Origin: Bdellovibrionota bacterium
GTDB taxonomy: Bacteria; Bdellovibrionota; UBA1018; CAIPTA01; JAALKR01
Direction of reading: 5' to 3'
Assembly (NCBI GenBank): GCA_965207455.1
Contig: CBDBMJ010000001.1
Span: 256,001 to 320,000 of the forward strand
Length of the DNA stretch: 64,000 bases
Made by a program: the position numbers and the translations under genes. Numbering within the stretch: position 1 is the first letter of the stretch; each line of letters starts with the position of its first letter. Of this stretch, positions 52,503 to 62,238 are shown one piece after another. The notes below the pieces were generated by a model. That model saw nothing but the letters and a program-made list of their open reading frames with translations, ran no database searches and was not told the origin of the DNA.

Positions 52503-53584
52503 TTCAAATCCTTTTTCTTTATTTCTTTTCGATATTTTTTTACCATTCCTGGTAAGTGACCTAAAGCTGCTTGAATACTGAAAAATTCATTTTTCTCACG
52601 AGCAACTTGCCCTTTCCATACGGTATTGGGAGGAATTCGTCCGGTTACGCCCGTGAAGCCACAGATAGTGGCCCCTTCTCCGATGGTTACACTGTTGGAT
52701 ATGGCAGCACCTCCTCCAATAATCACATTATTCCCAATTTTCACACTTCCTGCAATACCCGTTTTTCCACAAATAATTACGGACTCCCCAATATGGCAAT
52801 TGTGATCAATGTGTACTTGACTGGAAATTTTTGTACCCCGTCCGATTACCGTACTTTTGAGAGTGCTGCGAGCAATGGTACAATTAGCACCCATTTCCAC
52901 GTCGTCACCAATTTCTATCTTTCCCAAGTGATGGATTTTTATATGGGTGAGCTTATTGTCCTGCATTTCTGAAGCATAACCAAAGCCATCAAATCCCATC
53001 ACCACATTGGAGTGTATGCGAACCCTCTTTCCTATGGTGCAATTGTCATAGAGAACCACATTGGGAAATAGAATGGATTGGGACCCAATTTCCACATTGT
53101 TTCCAAGGGAGCATCCAGCTTGTATAATAACGGAGTCGCCAATTTTTGCATTTTCTCCAATGGTAGTATGGGGTCCAATATACACGTCTTTCCCCAACTG
53201 AGCGGAAGGGTGAATTTCAGCAGAGGGGTGACAGGATTTAGGGTATTGCTCTTTTTGGAATAGTTGGGATACATGGGCAAATGCTACCACTGCGTCTGGT
53301 ACGGTTAAAAGAATGAGTTTCTTTTGTTTGCTTTGAGAGATGGATTGTAGATTTGTGCTGAGTTTAGAACTAATAACAACGATTTTTGCATTAGTTTCTT
53401 CCAGCATTTTTACAAATTTTGGTCGACCAATAAATATGATTTTATCTTCAGTGGCCTGTAGTGGGTCGGAAATGCCTCGTATAGGTAAGGAAGCATTTTT
53501 TTCTACTAAGCCACAGCCTTCTGGTGTGAGCTTTAGGTGGCAAGCGATATCGCTTAAGGAATATTTATTTGAATTTTTTGTCAT
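52499..53584 (-). CDS. lpxD: UDP-3-O-acyl-glucosamine N-acyltransferase (atypical active-site residues)
   Basis: Hexapeptide repeats, G.DGFGY, catalytic HN; lies between skp and fabZ. Confidence 0.88.
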   Translation of the reverse strand: MTKNSNKYSLSDIACHLKLTPEGCGLVEKNASLPIRGISDPLQATEDKIIFIGRPKFVKMLEETNAKIVVISSKLSTNLQSISQSKQKKLILLTVPDAVVAFAHVSQLFQKEQYPKSCHPSAEIHPSAQLGKDVYIGPHTTIGENAKIGDSVIIQAGCSLGNNVEIGSQSILFPNVVLYDNCTIGKRVRIHSNVVMGFDGFGYASEMQDNKLTHIKIHHLGKIEIGDDVEMGANCTIARSTLKSTVIGRGTKISSQVHIDHNCHIGESVIICGKTGIAGSVKIGNNVIIGGGAAISNSVTIGEGATICGFTGVTGRIPPNTVWKGQVAREKNEFFSIQAALGHLPGMVKKYRKEIKKKDLK

Positions 53585-54092
53585 ACATTTTTATTACTTT
53601 GTTTGTAATGTCGTAGGTTTTTTCAAAATAAACCACGGAATTTTGAACATTATTGATCACAATAGAGAAACCATTTTTTTTACTAAACTGCTTAGTAATT
53701 TTTCTTAATTTCTCTAAAATTGGATTGAGTAGCGTGAGTTCTTTCTTTTGAAGTTCATTTTGCAAGCCTTGACCCTCTTGTTGAAGAGCCATCACTTTCA
53801 TACGAATTTCCTCTTCTTTTTTCTGACGTGCCTTTGGGTCCATTACGAGACTACGCTTTTTAAAGTTTTCTATTTCTTTTTTAATTTTTGCTTCTTTTTT
53901 TTGTAATTGTTTGGTCTTAAGTTCCAGCTCTTTTTTTAGGGTGGCACTGGCATTTTTGCCATCCTTTACGGTACGCACAGCCTTTTGCATATCAAACACA
54001 CCTATTTTCATTTTAGTCCACCCTGGGGATGCCCAAAGGGAGAGGCATAAAATGGTGATGGCTGGAAGGCATCGGCTTATTTTTAATTTCAT
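53565..54092 (-). CDS. skp: Skp/OmpH periplasmic chaperone
   Basis: Signal peptide, KIGVFDMQKA, coiled-coil body, DIT..VI C-terminus; upstream of lpxD. Confidence 0.9.
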   Translation of the reverse strand: MKLKISRCLPAITILCLSLWASPGWTKMKIGVFDMQKAVRTVKDGKNASATLKKELELKTKQLQKKEAKIKKEIENFKKRSLVMDPKARQKKEEEIRMKVMALQQEGQGLQNELQKKELTLLNPILEKLRKITKQFSKKNGFSIVINNVQNSVVYFEKTYDITNKVIKMYDKKFK

Positions 54093-54239
54093 AATCTTTT
54101 CCTCTCTTTAAGGAGAACGCTACTATATTGGAGAGGAAATTGAAAGGGTGGGAGAGAGGGAGTTTATGGAGGCCTTGCCTATGGGGAGTGTTTGTAGTTG
54201 ACTAAAATAATCGTATTTATGGGCTTCCCCCATAATCCA

Positions 54240-54713
54240 TCAATCCACTACAAGGATTTCTCCCTCTATATTATCAATGGGACAATAGAATTTAACCAAG
54301 CCCGTGTCCATAAAGCGCAGGTTCTTTATGGTGGAAATCTCCCTAGAACTAATCCCACGACGGACGGTTCGATTTCTATTTTTCAGTATAAAGCATAACT
54401 TTTGTGAGGTAAGTGCAGCCAAATGAATATTCGTTGGAATATTCTTTCGTAGGATGATTTTACTGGGGAAAAAGCCATTTTTTGTGGCAATAATGGAAAG
54501 CTCCTGGACTCCATATTTCCCCACCTCTATCGGTGTTATTTCCAGGTCTAAAATTTTCTTTTCTTCACTGGGAATATAGCTGGGGCGAGTGTTGGAGCTT
54601 TGTATTTGTCGATCGCTTTCCATGACGTGGTCGGGATTCTTTAGTTGCCCCAACCCTAGGGAGCAAATTGCAGCCAATATGGCGACACTATGGAGATTAA
54701 AAATTCTTTTCAT
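54240..54713 (-). CDS. Exported protein with cupredoxin-like C-terminal domain
   Basis: IIAT.NGFFPS.I.L, G..KFYCPI..IEG.I.V; lacks a full His/Met copper ligand set. Confidence 0.6.
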   Translation of the reverse strand: MKRIFNLHSVAILAAICSLGLGQLKNPDHVMESDRQIQSSNTRPSYIPSEEKKILDLEITPIEVGKYGVQELSIIATKNGFFPSKIILRKNIPTNIHLAALTSQKLCFILKNRNRTVRRGISSREISTIKNLRFMDTGLVKFYCPIDNIEGEILVVD

Positions 54714-54896
54714 GCTAGAGATCCTCCCTTGTATAGCCTTCGGCATGGAGGCAGGAAAGCTTGAGTTTTTTGAGGTTTTCCCACCTACACCTGTTTTTAG
54801 CGTGTTAGGGAGGCTTATTCATTGACAGGAATGAGCGAAAATGATACCTTGCATCAGAGTCGTAGGGCTATTGTATGGGTCCAGGAGAGTGAGAAA

Positions 54897-55589
54897 ATGC
54901 GGAGTACCAGCAGTAGAGTTTTTTTATTCCTTTTCTTGGGGGTGCTCATGGTTCAGGAGGCTAGGGGAGAAATCCTTGAGGGAACTGTGGACATCATGTT
55001 TCGCGCCGTTATTTCTAGCCCAGGGGATGGTGAAAAGAAATTTAATGTGGAATTTTGCCGTCTCAGTCCAGAGAAGAACAGAAAGTGTAAGGTGGTACTT
55101 CGTTCAATTGATGCTTCTGAGAATCTGGGTAAATGGCAGGATAAAGCATTAAATCATTTTTTCGACATTGAGCTCAGTAAAACTAATCAGTTGCTTTTCC
55201 AACTCGATGTCACGCTTCTTATGACCAGTATTTTTGCTAGGTTTGGACCAGGATCAGCTCTTTTGGTTCTTTTTTTTTTAGCGTTTGATTTCATAGATAT
55301 AATAGCGTTACCCGAAAATGCTACGGTAGTGAATAGAATCCCCCTAGAGAGCGCTCAAATTATCTCTTATGATCGAAATGACGAAACGAAGGAACATTCT
55401 ATAGTTATTCGTTACGAATCTCTTGTGATGGCTCAGAGTTTTCTTGAACGATTGACGGGACACTTTCAGCAAAAAAGTGTGTCTTTGGGGAATATATTTA
55501 CTCCAAAAGAAATTCGACAAATTACCATGGATGAAGTTATTTTTCGTGTAACGGATGGACTTCTTTTTCGTGATGCGGGTTTTCCATGA
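54897..55589 (+). CDS. Hypothetical membrane or exported protein
   Basis: Long ORF with N-terminal and central hydrophobic segments; 3' end overlaps kynB by 53 bp; start uncertain. Confidence 0.55.
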   Translation: MRSTSSRVFLFLFLGVLMVQEARGEILEGTVDIMFRAVISSPGDGEKKFNVEFCRLSPEKNRKCKVVLRSIDASENLGKWQDKALNHFFDIELSKTNQLLFQLDVTLLMTSIFARFGPGSALLVLFFLAFDFIDIIALPENATVVNRIPLESAQIISYDRNDETKEHSIVIRYESLVMAQSFLERLTGHFQQKSVSLGNIFTPKEIRQITMDEVIFRVTDGLLFRDAGFP

Positions 55590-56202
55590 GTACAGCACGA
55601 ACGGGAGAGGCATCTGCGCCTTGGATTTTTAAAGGGAATGCGACCAAGGTATAGAGAGTATCCAAGGTTTCTGTGAGCACAATTCCCTCTAGGATAGCCA
55701 TATTGTACTTTGCCACCACGTTGTGGCTTTCCAGTGCTTTGGAGTTGGCTGGGTCTATGGATGGAGTGTCGATGCCCAGTAGTTTCACTCCTTGTTGGGC
55801 CAGTTGCTCAATAAGCTCTGGAGATAGGGAAACAAAATCTGGTGTCCATTTATTTGGGTTAGGAAAAGAGTTTGTTCGGAAGAGCACTCTGGGTGCTTTT
55901 ATTTTTATGTTTTGTATATCTTGGGGGAAAATTCGCTGATTGGGTGACACATTTACTGTTATCACTTGGCACTTTCCATAGTAATAGTCTAGGGAGCGTT
56001 CGTGGATACTTTCACCTCCTTTTTTATAATGGATAGGGGCATCGGCATGGGCTCCAATATGTACGGTTGTGGAGATAGAAGAAAGGGTCAGGTTATCTTC
56101 TTTCTCTATGTCATGGGAGGTGGTTCGTAGAAAGTTTTGATCTCCTGGAAACACGGCGGTTTTTTCAGAAATAAGTGGAGATATGTCGATCAAGGATGAC
56201 AT
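55537..56202 (-). CDS. kynB: Kynurenine formamidase (cyclase family)
   Basis: H.G.H.DAP.H, G.DTPS.DP, ILEG, DASPVRAVL; clustered with kynA. Confidence 0.88.
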   Translation of the reverse strand: MSSLIDISPLISEKTAVFPGDQNFLRTTSHDIEKEDNLTLSSISTTVHIGAHADAPIHYKKGGESIHERSLDYYYGKCQVITVNVSPNQRIFPQDIQNIKIKAPRVLFRTNSFPNPNKWTPDFVSLSPELIEQLAQQGVKLLGIDTPSIDPANSKALESHNVVAKYNMAILEGIVLTETLDTLYTLVAFPLKIQGADASPVRAVLMENPHHEKEVHPLHEK

Positions 56203-56203
56203 C

Positions 56204-56626
56204 TCACTTCACCCGTGCAATTGCTTTAAACTCCACTGCAATAGGGGTGGGCAGGCTCCCTACTTCAATCGTGGTGCGTGTGGGTTGGATGTTGGCAAAG
56301 TGTTCTTTGTACACAGTATTAAATTTTGGGAAATCTTCTTTCATATTTGTGAGAAAAACTAAAATATCTACCACATTCTCTAAGGAGGCTCCTCCTGCTT
56401 TGAGTATGGCTTCCATGTTACGGATAACGGATTTTGTTTGGATCTCTATATCGTAGCTAATGATATTGCCCTGGTTATCCAGTGTTACTCCTGGAATTTC
56501 CTTTTCTCCTAGCTTGCGTGGTCCAATCCCAGCAAGGAAGAGAAACTCTCCTTCACGGCGGGCGTGGGGATAGGCTCCCACAGGCTCGGGTGCATTGGGA
56601 GCATAAATAATTTTCGTATCTGTCAT
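56204..56626 (-). CDS. RidA/YjgF-family protein, probable 2-aminomuconate deaminase
   Basis: P.PVGAYPHA, F..FN.VY...F....PTRTT.EV..LPTPIAVE.K; follows the ALDH gene. Confidence 0.8.
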   Translation of the reverse strand: MTDTKIIYAPNAPEPVGAYPHARREGEFLFLAGIGPRKLGEKEIPGVTLDNQGNIISYDIEIQTKSVIRNMEAILKAGGASLENVVDILVFLTNMKEDFPKFNTVYKEHFANIQPTRTTIEVGSLPTPIAVEFKAIARVK

Positions 56627-56646
56627 CTGTATACCTTTCTCCTGTT

Positions 56647-58107
56647 CTATAGTTTTATACAAATATTTTTTTGTTCGGTGAAAAAATCAATGGAGTGTTT
56701 TCCACCCTCTCTGCCTAAGCCGGAATATTTCATGCCACCAAAGGGAACGCGTAGGTCTCGAAGCATCCATGTATTTACCCAGACAGTGGCAGAGTCTACT
56801 TTTTTTGCTACCCTGTGGGCACGCTTCACATCTTTCGTCCATATACTAGCGGAGAGTCCGTATTTGGTGTTATTAGCCAGGTTAATCACTTCTTCTTCTG
56901 TGGAGAAAGGGCTTACCGTTACCACGGGACCGAATACTTCTTCTTGCATAATCTGAGATCTAGGGTTTGCTCCGCTGATGATTGTCGGTTCAAAAAAATA
57001 ACCTTTATCCCAAGGTGTACTGAGCTTGGGTGTCTTTCCACCTGTATGAATGGTGGCACCCTCTTCCCTAGCTTTCAGAACCGCAGCCATTACTTTTTCT
57101 CGATGCTCTTGACTGATCAGTGGACCCATGAAAGTGGAGCTTTCAGTGGGGTCGCCTATATTTATTTTTTTTGTGGCAGAGGTGAAGCGTTCTAAAAATT
57201 CTTCGAATATTTTTTCTTCCACAAATATTCGTGAATTGCATAAGCATATTTCCCCTTGATTTTGAAAGCTGGAGAGAAGGCTTGTGGCAACACATTCTTC
57301 GAGGTTGGCGTCCGCAAAAATAATGGCTGGGTTTTTTCCTCCGAGCTCTAGGCTTAGTTTCTTGAAGTTAGTGCTTGTATTTTTCACAATAGTCTGAGCT
57401 GTGGCTGTGCCACCTGTAAAAGAAATAAGGGGCACGTCTGGGTGTTTCGTTAGGGCATCTCCGGCGCTATGACCATATCCAAATACAATATTACAGACTC
57501 CGGGAGGAAGGCCTACTTTTTGAAACACTCCTGCCAGCATATGTGCCGTAACAGGAGTTAGTTCCGATGGTTTGCAGACGGCAGTATTTCCCGTGATGAG
57601 TGCTGGGGCAATTTTCCAGGTCAATAAATAAAGGGGTAAGTTCCAAGGGGAAATAAGGCCAGCTACTCCTAAGGGTGCGCGTAGGCTGTAATTAAAGGCA
57701 GTGTCTCCCATGGAGGAACTTTGATCCTGGAGATGGGTCATGGCGGATGAGAAAAATAAAAAATTTTGGGCCGCTCGGGGTATTTCTACTTCATGGGCGA
57801 GTTGAAAAGTTTTTCCCTGGTCCTTACTTTCAGCCTGAGCAAGTTTTTCACTTTGTCGTTCTATTTCATGGGCAATTTTTATCAGAAACTGCGCTCTTGT
57901 TTTCATGGGTGTTTGGGACCACTCTTGAAAAGCATTTTTTGCACTTGTCACAGCCCAATCTATGTCCTCTCCATTGGAGTCTGGCAGGGTGGAGTAGACT
58001 TCTCCTGTTGACGGATTTCGGTTGTTTATATATTTCTTTGATTTTGGAGGAACAAAGCGGCCATTTATAAAGTTTTGTAATTGTTCCATACCTTTATTGA
58101 ATCTCAT
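56647..58107 (-). CDS. 2-aminomuconate/2-hydroxymuconate semialdehyde dehydrogenase (ALDH8-like)
   Basis: ISPWNLPLYLLTWKIAPAL, LELGGKNP, NQGEICLC.SR, W..RDLR.PFGG. Confidence 0.88.
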   Translation of the reverse strand: MRFNKGMEQLQNFINGRFVPPKSKKYINNRNPSTGEVYSTLPDSNGEDIDWAVTSAKNAFQEWSQTPMKTRAQFLIKIAHEIERQSEKLAQAESKDQGKTFQLAHEVEIPRAAQNFLFFSSAMTHLQDQSSSMGDTAFNYSLRAPLGVAGLISPWNLPLYLLTWKIAPALITGNTAVCKPSELTPVTAHMLAGVFQKVGLPPGVCNIVFGYGHSAGDALTKHPDVPLISFTGGTATAQTIVKNTSTNFKKLSLELGGKNPAIIFADANLEECVATSLLSSFQNQGEICLCNSRIFVEEKIFEEFLERFTSATKKINIGDPTESSTFMGPLISQEHREKVMAAVLKAREEGATIHTGGKTPKLSTPWDKGYFFEPTIISGANPRSQIMQEEVFGPVVTVSPFSTEEEVINLANNTKYGLSASIWTKDVKRAHRVAKKVDSATVWVNTWMLRDLRVPFGGMKYSGLGREGGKHSIDFFTEQKNICIKL

Positions 58108-59322
58108 TTAGGAAGAAATATGGGGAGCCACCTTCTCCATAAAATGTGCCATGTTTGCTTTCACGTCCTTATTATTATGGTTATTAAAATCAAACCATAG
58201 CATTAGGCGGTCGTCTTTATGAAATCTTTCTTTTATTTGTTGGGTTATGGTAGATGGGCTTCCCATCAGAGCATTATTAACAGCACTTTCTACTTTTTGA
58301 ATATCCAGTGTGCCCTCCAGCGCGTTCCAATAGTTTGCTAAGGCTTTTTCCGCACTTTTTTTCGCACGGGTATTTTTTTCTTCCTCTGAGGCAGCCGCAT
58401 CGTCGTTGATGAAAATTAATACGGTCCTGGGCATATGTTGTCGCTTCCAGGATCCTCCCTCTGTATGAAATGATTTTTTCATTCTCTCATGTGTTTGGGT
58501 GATTTGTTGAAATGGGGTGATGGACAGGTTAAACACGCCACAGGGATAGAGGGTGTTTGCAAATGCCTGAACTTCAGGGTTGTGGCTACCTATGGTTAAT
58601 TGCAATAAATCCAAGGGGGCTTCTTTGGGAATTACTCCCGTAGTATCGAAAGTCCATTGTGGTGGAATGGTAATGGTTTCTTCTTTTTTTCCATACACGG
58701 CTAAAACTTGGTCCCAATGCTCTTGGGTGCGAAAATTTTTCCTCTCTAAGACTTTAGGAGCTATTTCTTTAGAGGAAAAAACATCTCCTCGCAGGAAACG
58801 CAAAAAAATCTCCACCGCTTCTTTAAAAATTTTTCCCTTTAATACGGGCCAACTCACTTCTTCTAACTTATTCCTTGGGCGTATTCCATAGGGAATATTG
58901 GAAAACTCAAATCGTCCAGCAGCAAAACCAATATTTAAGCATCGCTTTTCATTTTTCTCCAGCCCGTGGAGGCTAAGAAACATGCGAATGGCTTCTGCAT
59001 GGGCCATGGGGCCTCCATTGCAGAGAATATTACGAATAGCAGAACCCAGGTATATTCTTTTTGTGCTGGCAAAAACTTTGTGAGCCATCTGTAGAATATC
59101 CGTATTGAGGCCAATTTCACCTTTGAAGTGGGGTACCACCGCATTGGGATTTTGTTTTTGTATTTCCGTGGATAGGTGGGTTTCTGCAATCCAAGCTGTG
59201 GTGAAGCCCAGTTGGTCGGCGTGTTTTACTTGGTCGAAAAAATTTTGAAACATCTCTTTTTCCGAAGGGATATAGTTATCCACGTCGGTTTGACAGATGG
59301 AAAAGAAAATATCGAAATGCAT
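58108..59322 (-). CDS. Luciferase-like (LLM class) flavin-dependent oxidoreductase
   Basis: AD.LGF..AW.AE.H, T.RI.LGSA, G.A.GRF, GSP..I...I motifs. Confidence 0.8.
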   Translation of the reverse strand: MHFDIFFSICQTDVDNYIPSEKEMFQNFFDQVKHADQLGFTTAWIAETHLSTEIQKQNPNAVVPHFKGEIGLNTDILQMAHKVFASTKRIYLGSAIRNILCNGGPMAHAEAIRMFLSLHGLEKNEKRCLNIGFAAGRFEFSNIPYGIRPRNKLEEVSWPVLKGKIFKEAVEIFLRFLRGDVFSSKEIAPKVLERKNFRTQEHWDQVLAVYGKKEETITIPPQWTFDTTGVIPKEAPLDLLQLTIGSHNPEVQAFANTLYPCGVFNLSITPFQQITQTHERMKKSFHTEGGSWKRQHMPRTVLIFINDDAAASEEEKNTRAKKSAEKALANYWNALEGTLDIQKVESAVNNALMGSPSTITQQIKERFHKDDRLMLWFDFNNHNNKDVKANMAHFMEKVAPHISS

Positions 59323-59356
59323 GTTTGTACTGTCTCCTCTCTTTTGTTAGCTAGCT

Positions 59357-60190
59357 TTAGTAGTTCCCGCCAATGAATGTACGTAGTTCCCAGAGTTCTG
59401 GAAAAAACTTATAACTCAAACGCTTCCTTAGAAACTCAACCCCCGAACTTCCACCGGTGCCTTTTTTGTAGCCGATGGTACGCTCCACCATTATTATATG
59501 GGTATTTCTCCATAATAAAAACTTTTCATCAAAATCTAGGAGAGCTTCAAATAGCAATACCCAATGATAGTCCTCCTCAGGCTTTTCATAGATTCCTTTT
59601 AATAAGTCCCTTAATTGAGAGTTGGATGTATGGGTTTTAGAGAAGTCTCGCTTTAAAACAGATGGAGGAATGGAATGGCCAGCTTGGGATAAGCACTCTA
59701 TAAACCAATCATACACAGTGGGATTTTGTTGGGCTTGGGTTAATACATTGTGCTCATGGGAGCCTTTGGGAAAAAGATTTAAAAAGGAAGACTCTTTATA
59801 TCCGTAAGTGTACTCCATCACTCGAAACTGTAGGGACTGGAGTCCACTGGCAGGACAAATACTGTCTCGAAATTGGGCAAACTCTATGGGAGTAAGTGTG
59901 GAGAGTAGGTTAATTTGCTTGATCAATAAATCTAAAATAGCTGTATTGCGCTTCAATACTTTTAGGGCTAGGGAGATGCTTTTTTTCTGGAAGGCTTTTT
60001 GAAGGAATTCTGTCTCATGGAGTATTTCTTTAAACCAGAGTTCCATGGCTTGGTGGATGATGATAAAAAAAATCTCGTCGCTGTGGGTATCTAGGGTGCC
60101 TTTTCTTTCTTGAAGGTTGAGGAGTTCTGGAATTTTTAGGTAGGATGCGTAGTTAAGCTTCTCCAGTTCGCTATTTTTTATTTTTCCCAT
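59357..60190 (-). CDS. kynA: Tryptophan 2,3-dioxygenase
   Basis: Y..YL.I..LL.LQ, DE..FII.HQ..ELWFK, ASG.QS.QFR, VERTIG.K.GTGGSSG..FL, FFPELW. Confidence 0.95.
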   Translation of the reverse strand: MGKIKNSELEKLNYASYLKIPELLNLQERKGTLDTHSDEIFFIIIHQAMELWFKEILHETEFLQKAFQKKSISLALKVLKRNTAILDLLIKQINLLSTLTPIEFAQFRDSICPASGLQSLQFRVMEYTYGYKESSFLNLFPKGSHEHNVLTQAQQNPTVYDWFIECLSQAGHSIPPSVLKRDFSKTHTSNSQLRDLLKGIYEKPEEDYHWVLLFEALLDFDEKFLLWRNTHIIMVERTIGYKKGTGGSSGVEFLRKRLSYKFFPELWELRTFIGGNY

Positions 60191-60311
60191 ACTTAATGGT
60201 TATAAACGTCCCGGCAGCCGTACGCAAACCCAAAATTTCTATTGCTTGATAAATAGATGCGTCGCATTATTTTCTTGCTATCCCAAGGTAAGAATTATAT
60301 AAAGGTTAGGT

Positions 60312-61106
60312 ATGGGAAATAAGGAAATGGACAAAACACAGGAGGCTATAGCTAATTTACTATGGGAGGCACGCAAAACGGGGATACCCTGTCCACCGAT
60401 TACAGAGACATACCCCCACCTTTCCATCCAAGAGTCCTATAGCATCTCTGAGATCAACGCAAAAAAACGTAGTGCTGAACCCAATGTGCGCTTTGTGGGG
60501 AAAAAAATTGGACTTACCTCTCTAGCTGTTCAGAAGCAACTGGGTGTGGATCAACCAGACTTTGGTTACCTTAGCTCTGATATGAAGATGCATTCAGGGG
60601 GCAGACTCCCGTCCCAAGCTCTTATTCAGGGGCGTGTGGAGGGGGAGGTTGCTTTTATTCTCCATAAAAGCTTGTGTGGGCCGGGGGTAACGAAAGAGGA
60701 TGTGGAGAAATCTACGGCCTATGTGCTCCCCTGTATTGAAATTATCGATTCTCGCATTGAAAACTGGAATATTAAAATACAGGATACGATTGCAGACAAC
60801 GCATCTTCGGCATTTTTTGTACTGGGAGAAGAAAAAAAATCTTTAGATACGATTAATCTTCTGGAAGAAAAAATGGATTTATACAAAAACAAGACCCTAT
60901 CTTCCACTGGTATCGGGTCCAATTGTTTGGGAGACCCGGCACAGGCAGTGGCTTGGCTAGCAAATTGCATGGGGAGTTTAGGTGTTACTCTTGAGGCTGG
61001 AGATATTATTTTATCGGGTGCTTATGGTCCTGTTGTGCCTGTAGTTCATGGCGACTATTGTGAAATTATATTTTCTAGCTTAGGTTCAGTAAGTGTACAT
61101 ATATAA
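60312..61106 (+). CDS. 2-oxopent-4-enoate hydratase (FAH superfamily, MhpD-like)
   Basis: GKKIGLTS.AVQKQLGVDQPDFG, E.E.AF, EIIDSRI..W.I...DTIADNAS. Confidence 0.88.
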   Translation: MGNKEMDKTQEAIANLLWEARKTGIPCPPITETYPHLSIQESYSISEINAKKRSAEPNVRFVGKKIGLTSLAVQKQLGVDQPDFGYLSSDMKMHSGGRLPSQALIQGRVEGEVAFILHKSLCGPGVTKEDVEKSTAYVLPCIEIIDSRIENWNIKIQDTIADNASSAFFVLGEEKKSLDTINLLEEKMDLYKNKTLSSTGIGSNCLGDPAQAVAWLANCMGSLGVTLEAGDIILSGAYGPVVPVVHGDYCEIIFSSLGSVSVHI

Positions 61107-61124
61107 AATGGAAGAAAAATAAAT

Positions 61125-61910
61125 ATGCCCTCAACAGAAGATAAAATAAAAAATTATGCTCAAATATTGGACCAATCGGTTCAAAAGGCTATGGATATTA
61201 GGAGATTTACCGCTGACGATCCTTCTCTTACGGTGGAAGAGGGTTATCGCATTCAAGAACAGGGTATTGTTTTGCGCTTAGGGCGCGGGGAATGTGTTGT
61301 TGGTCATAAGATGGGGTTGACCTCTCAAGCAAAGATGGAGCAAATGGGAGTTACCAGTCCTATTCGTGGTGTTCTAACAGACGTGATGGAGATCAATTCT
61401 AAGAACTCTTTTTGTTTACAGCAAACGATCCATCCAAAAGTGGAGCCGGAGATTGCTTTTATTACGAGCAATAACCTTTCGGGAGGTTCTGGACCGGAGG
61501 AAATTCGAAATGCTTGTACCCATGTTTGCCTTGCTCTGGAGATTATTGATTCCCGTTATACAAATTTCGACTTTACATTGGCAGACGTGGTGGCAGACAA
61601 TTGCTCTTCCTCTGGGTTTGTGATCAGTTCTTCCCGTTACTCGCTCCAGTCCTTGGATTTAAAAAATATCCGTATGGAGTTATACGAAGGGGAGGAGAAA
61701 AAACAAGAGGGTAATTCCCGTGCCATACTTGGAGATCCCATGGCTTCTGTTATAGAGTTAGTAAAAATGTTAGGTATGGAAAATAAAAGTCTTCCCAAGG
61801 GTTCCATTGTATTAGCGGGAGCAGCCACGGCAGCGATTCCCATGAAACCTCAGCAGACGTACCGACTGGTAACTCAAGAGATGGGATCTTTAGTAATTCG
61901 TACAAAATAA
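61125..61910 (+). CDS. 4-oxalocrotonate decarboxylase (DmpH-like)
   Basis: G.KMGLTS.AKM.QMGV..PI, IHPKVEPEIAF, DSRY..F.F.L.DV.ADN.SS. Confidence 0.88.
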   Translation: MPSTEDKIKNYAQILDQSVQKAMDIRRFTADDPSLTVEEGYRIQEQGIVLRLGRGECVVGHKMGLTSQAKMEQMGVTSPIRGVLTDVMEINSKNSFCLQQTIHPKVEPEIAFITSNNLSGGSGPEEIRNACTHVCLALEIIDSRYTNFDFTLADVVADNCSSSGFVISSSRYSLQSLDLKNIRMELYEGEEKKQEGNSRAILGDPMASVIELVKMLGMENKSLPKGSIVLAGAATAAIPMKPQQTYRLVTQEMGSLVIRTK

Positions 61911-62238
61911 ATATTCATATCCATGGTCCTGTTATTTTACATGACAGCTTAATTAAATAATTTTATTTTCTCTAATAATACACTCAGCACGGTGTGCAGG
62001 AATTAATGAACACCAATCGATACACGGAGTCCGTTGTATTTTATTTTTAGGTTTAAAAAAAAAGGATAAACAATAAATAAAGTATTGAAATAGTGGATCC
62101 AACACAGTATTCTTTTTACTAGTAGCTTTTGTTTCAAGATGGAAGTTGCTAAAGAGTGTGTGAATTAAAATAGAATGTATATATATTAAAGAGTGTAATA
62201 TATATGTATTTGCAGTGTATTAAATGAAGGGGAAAGAG

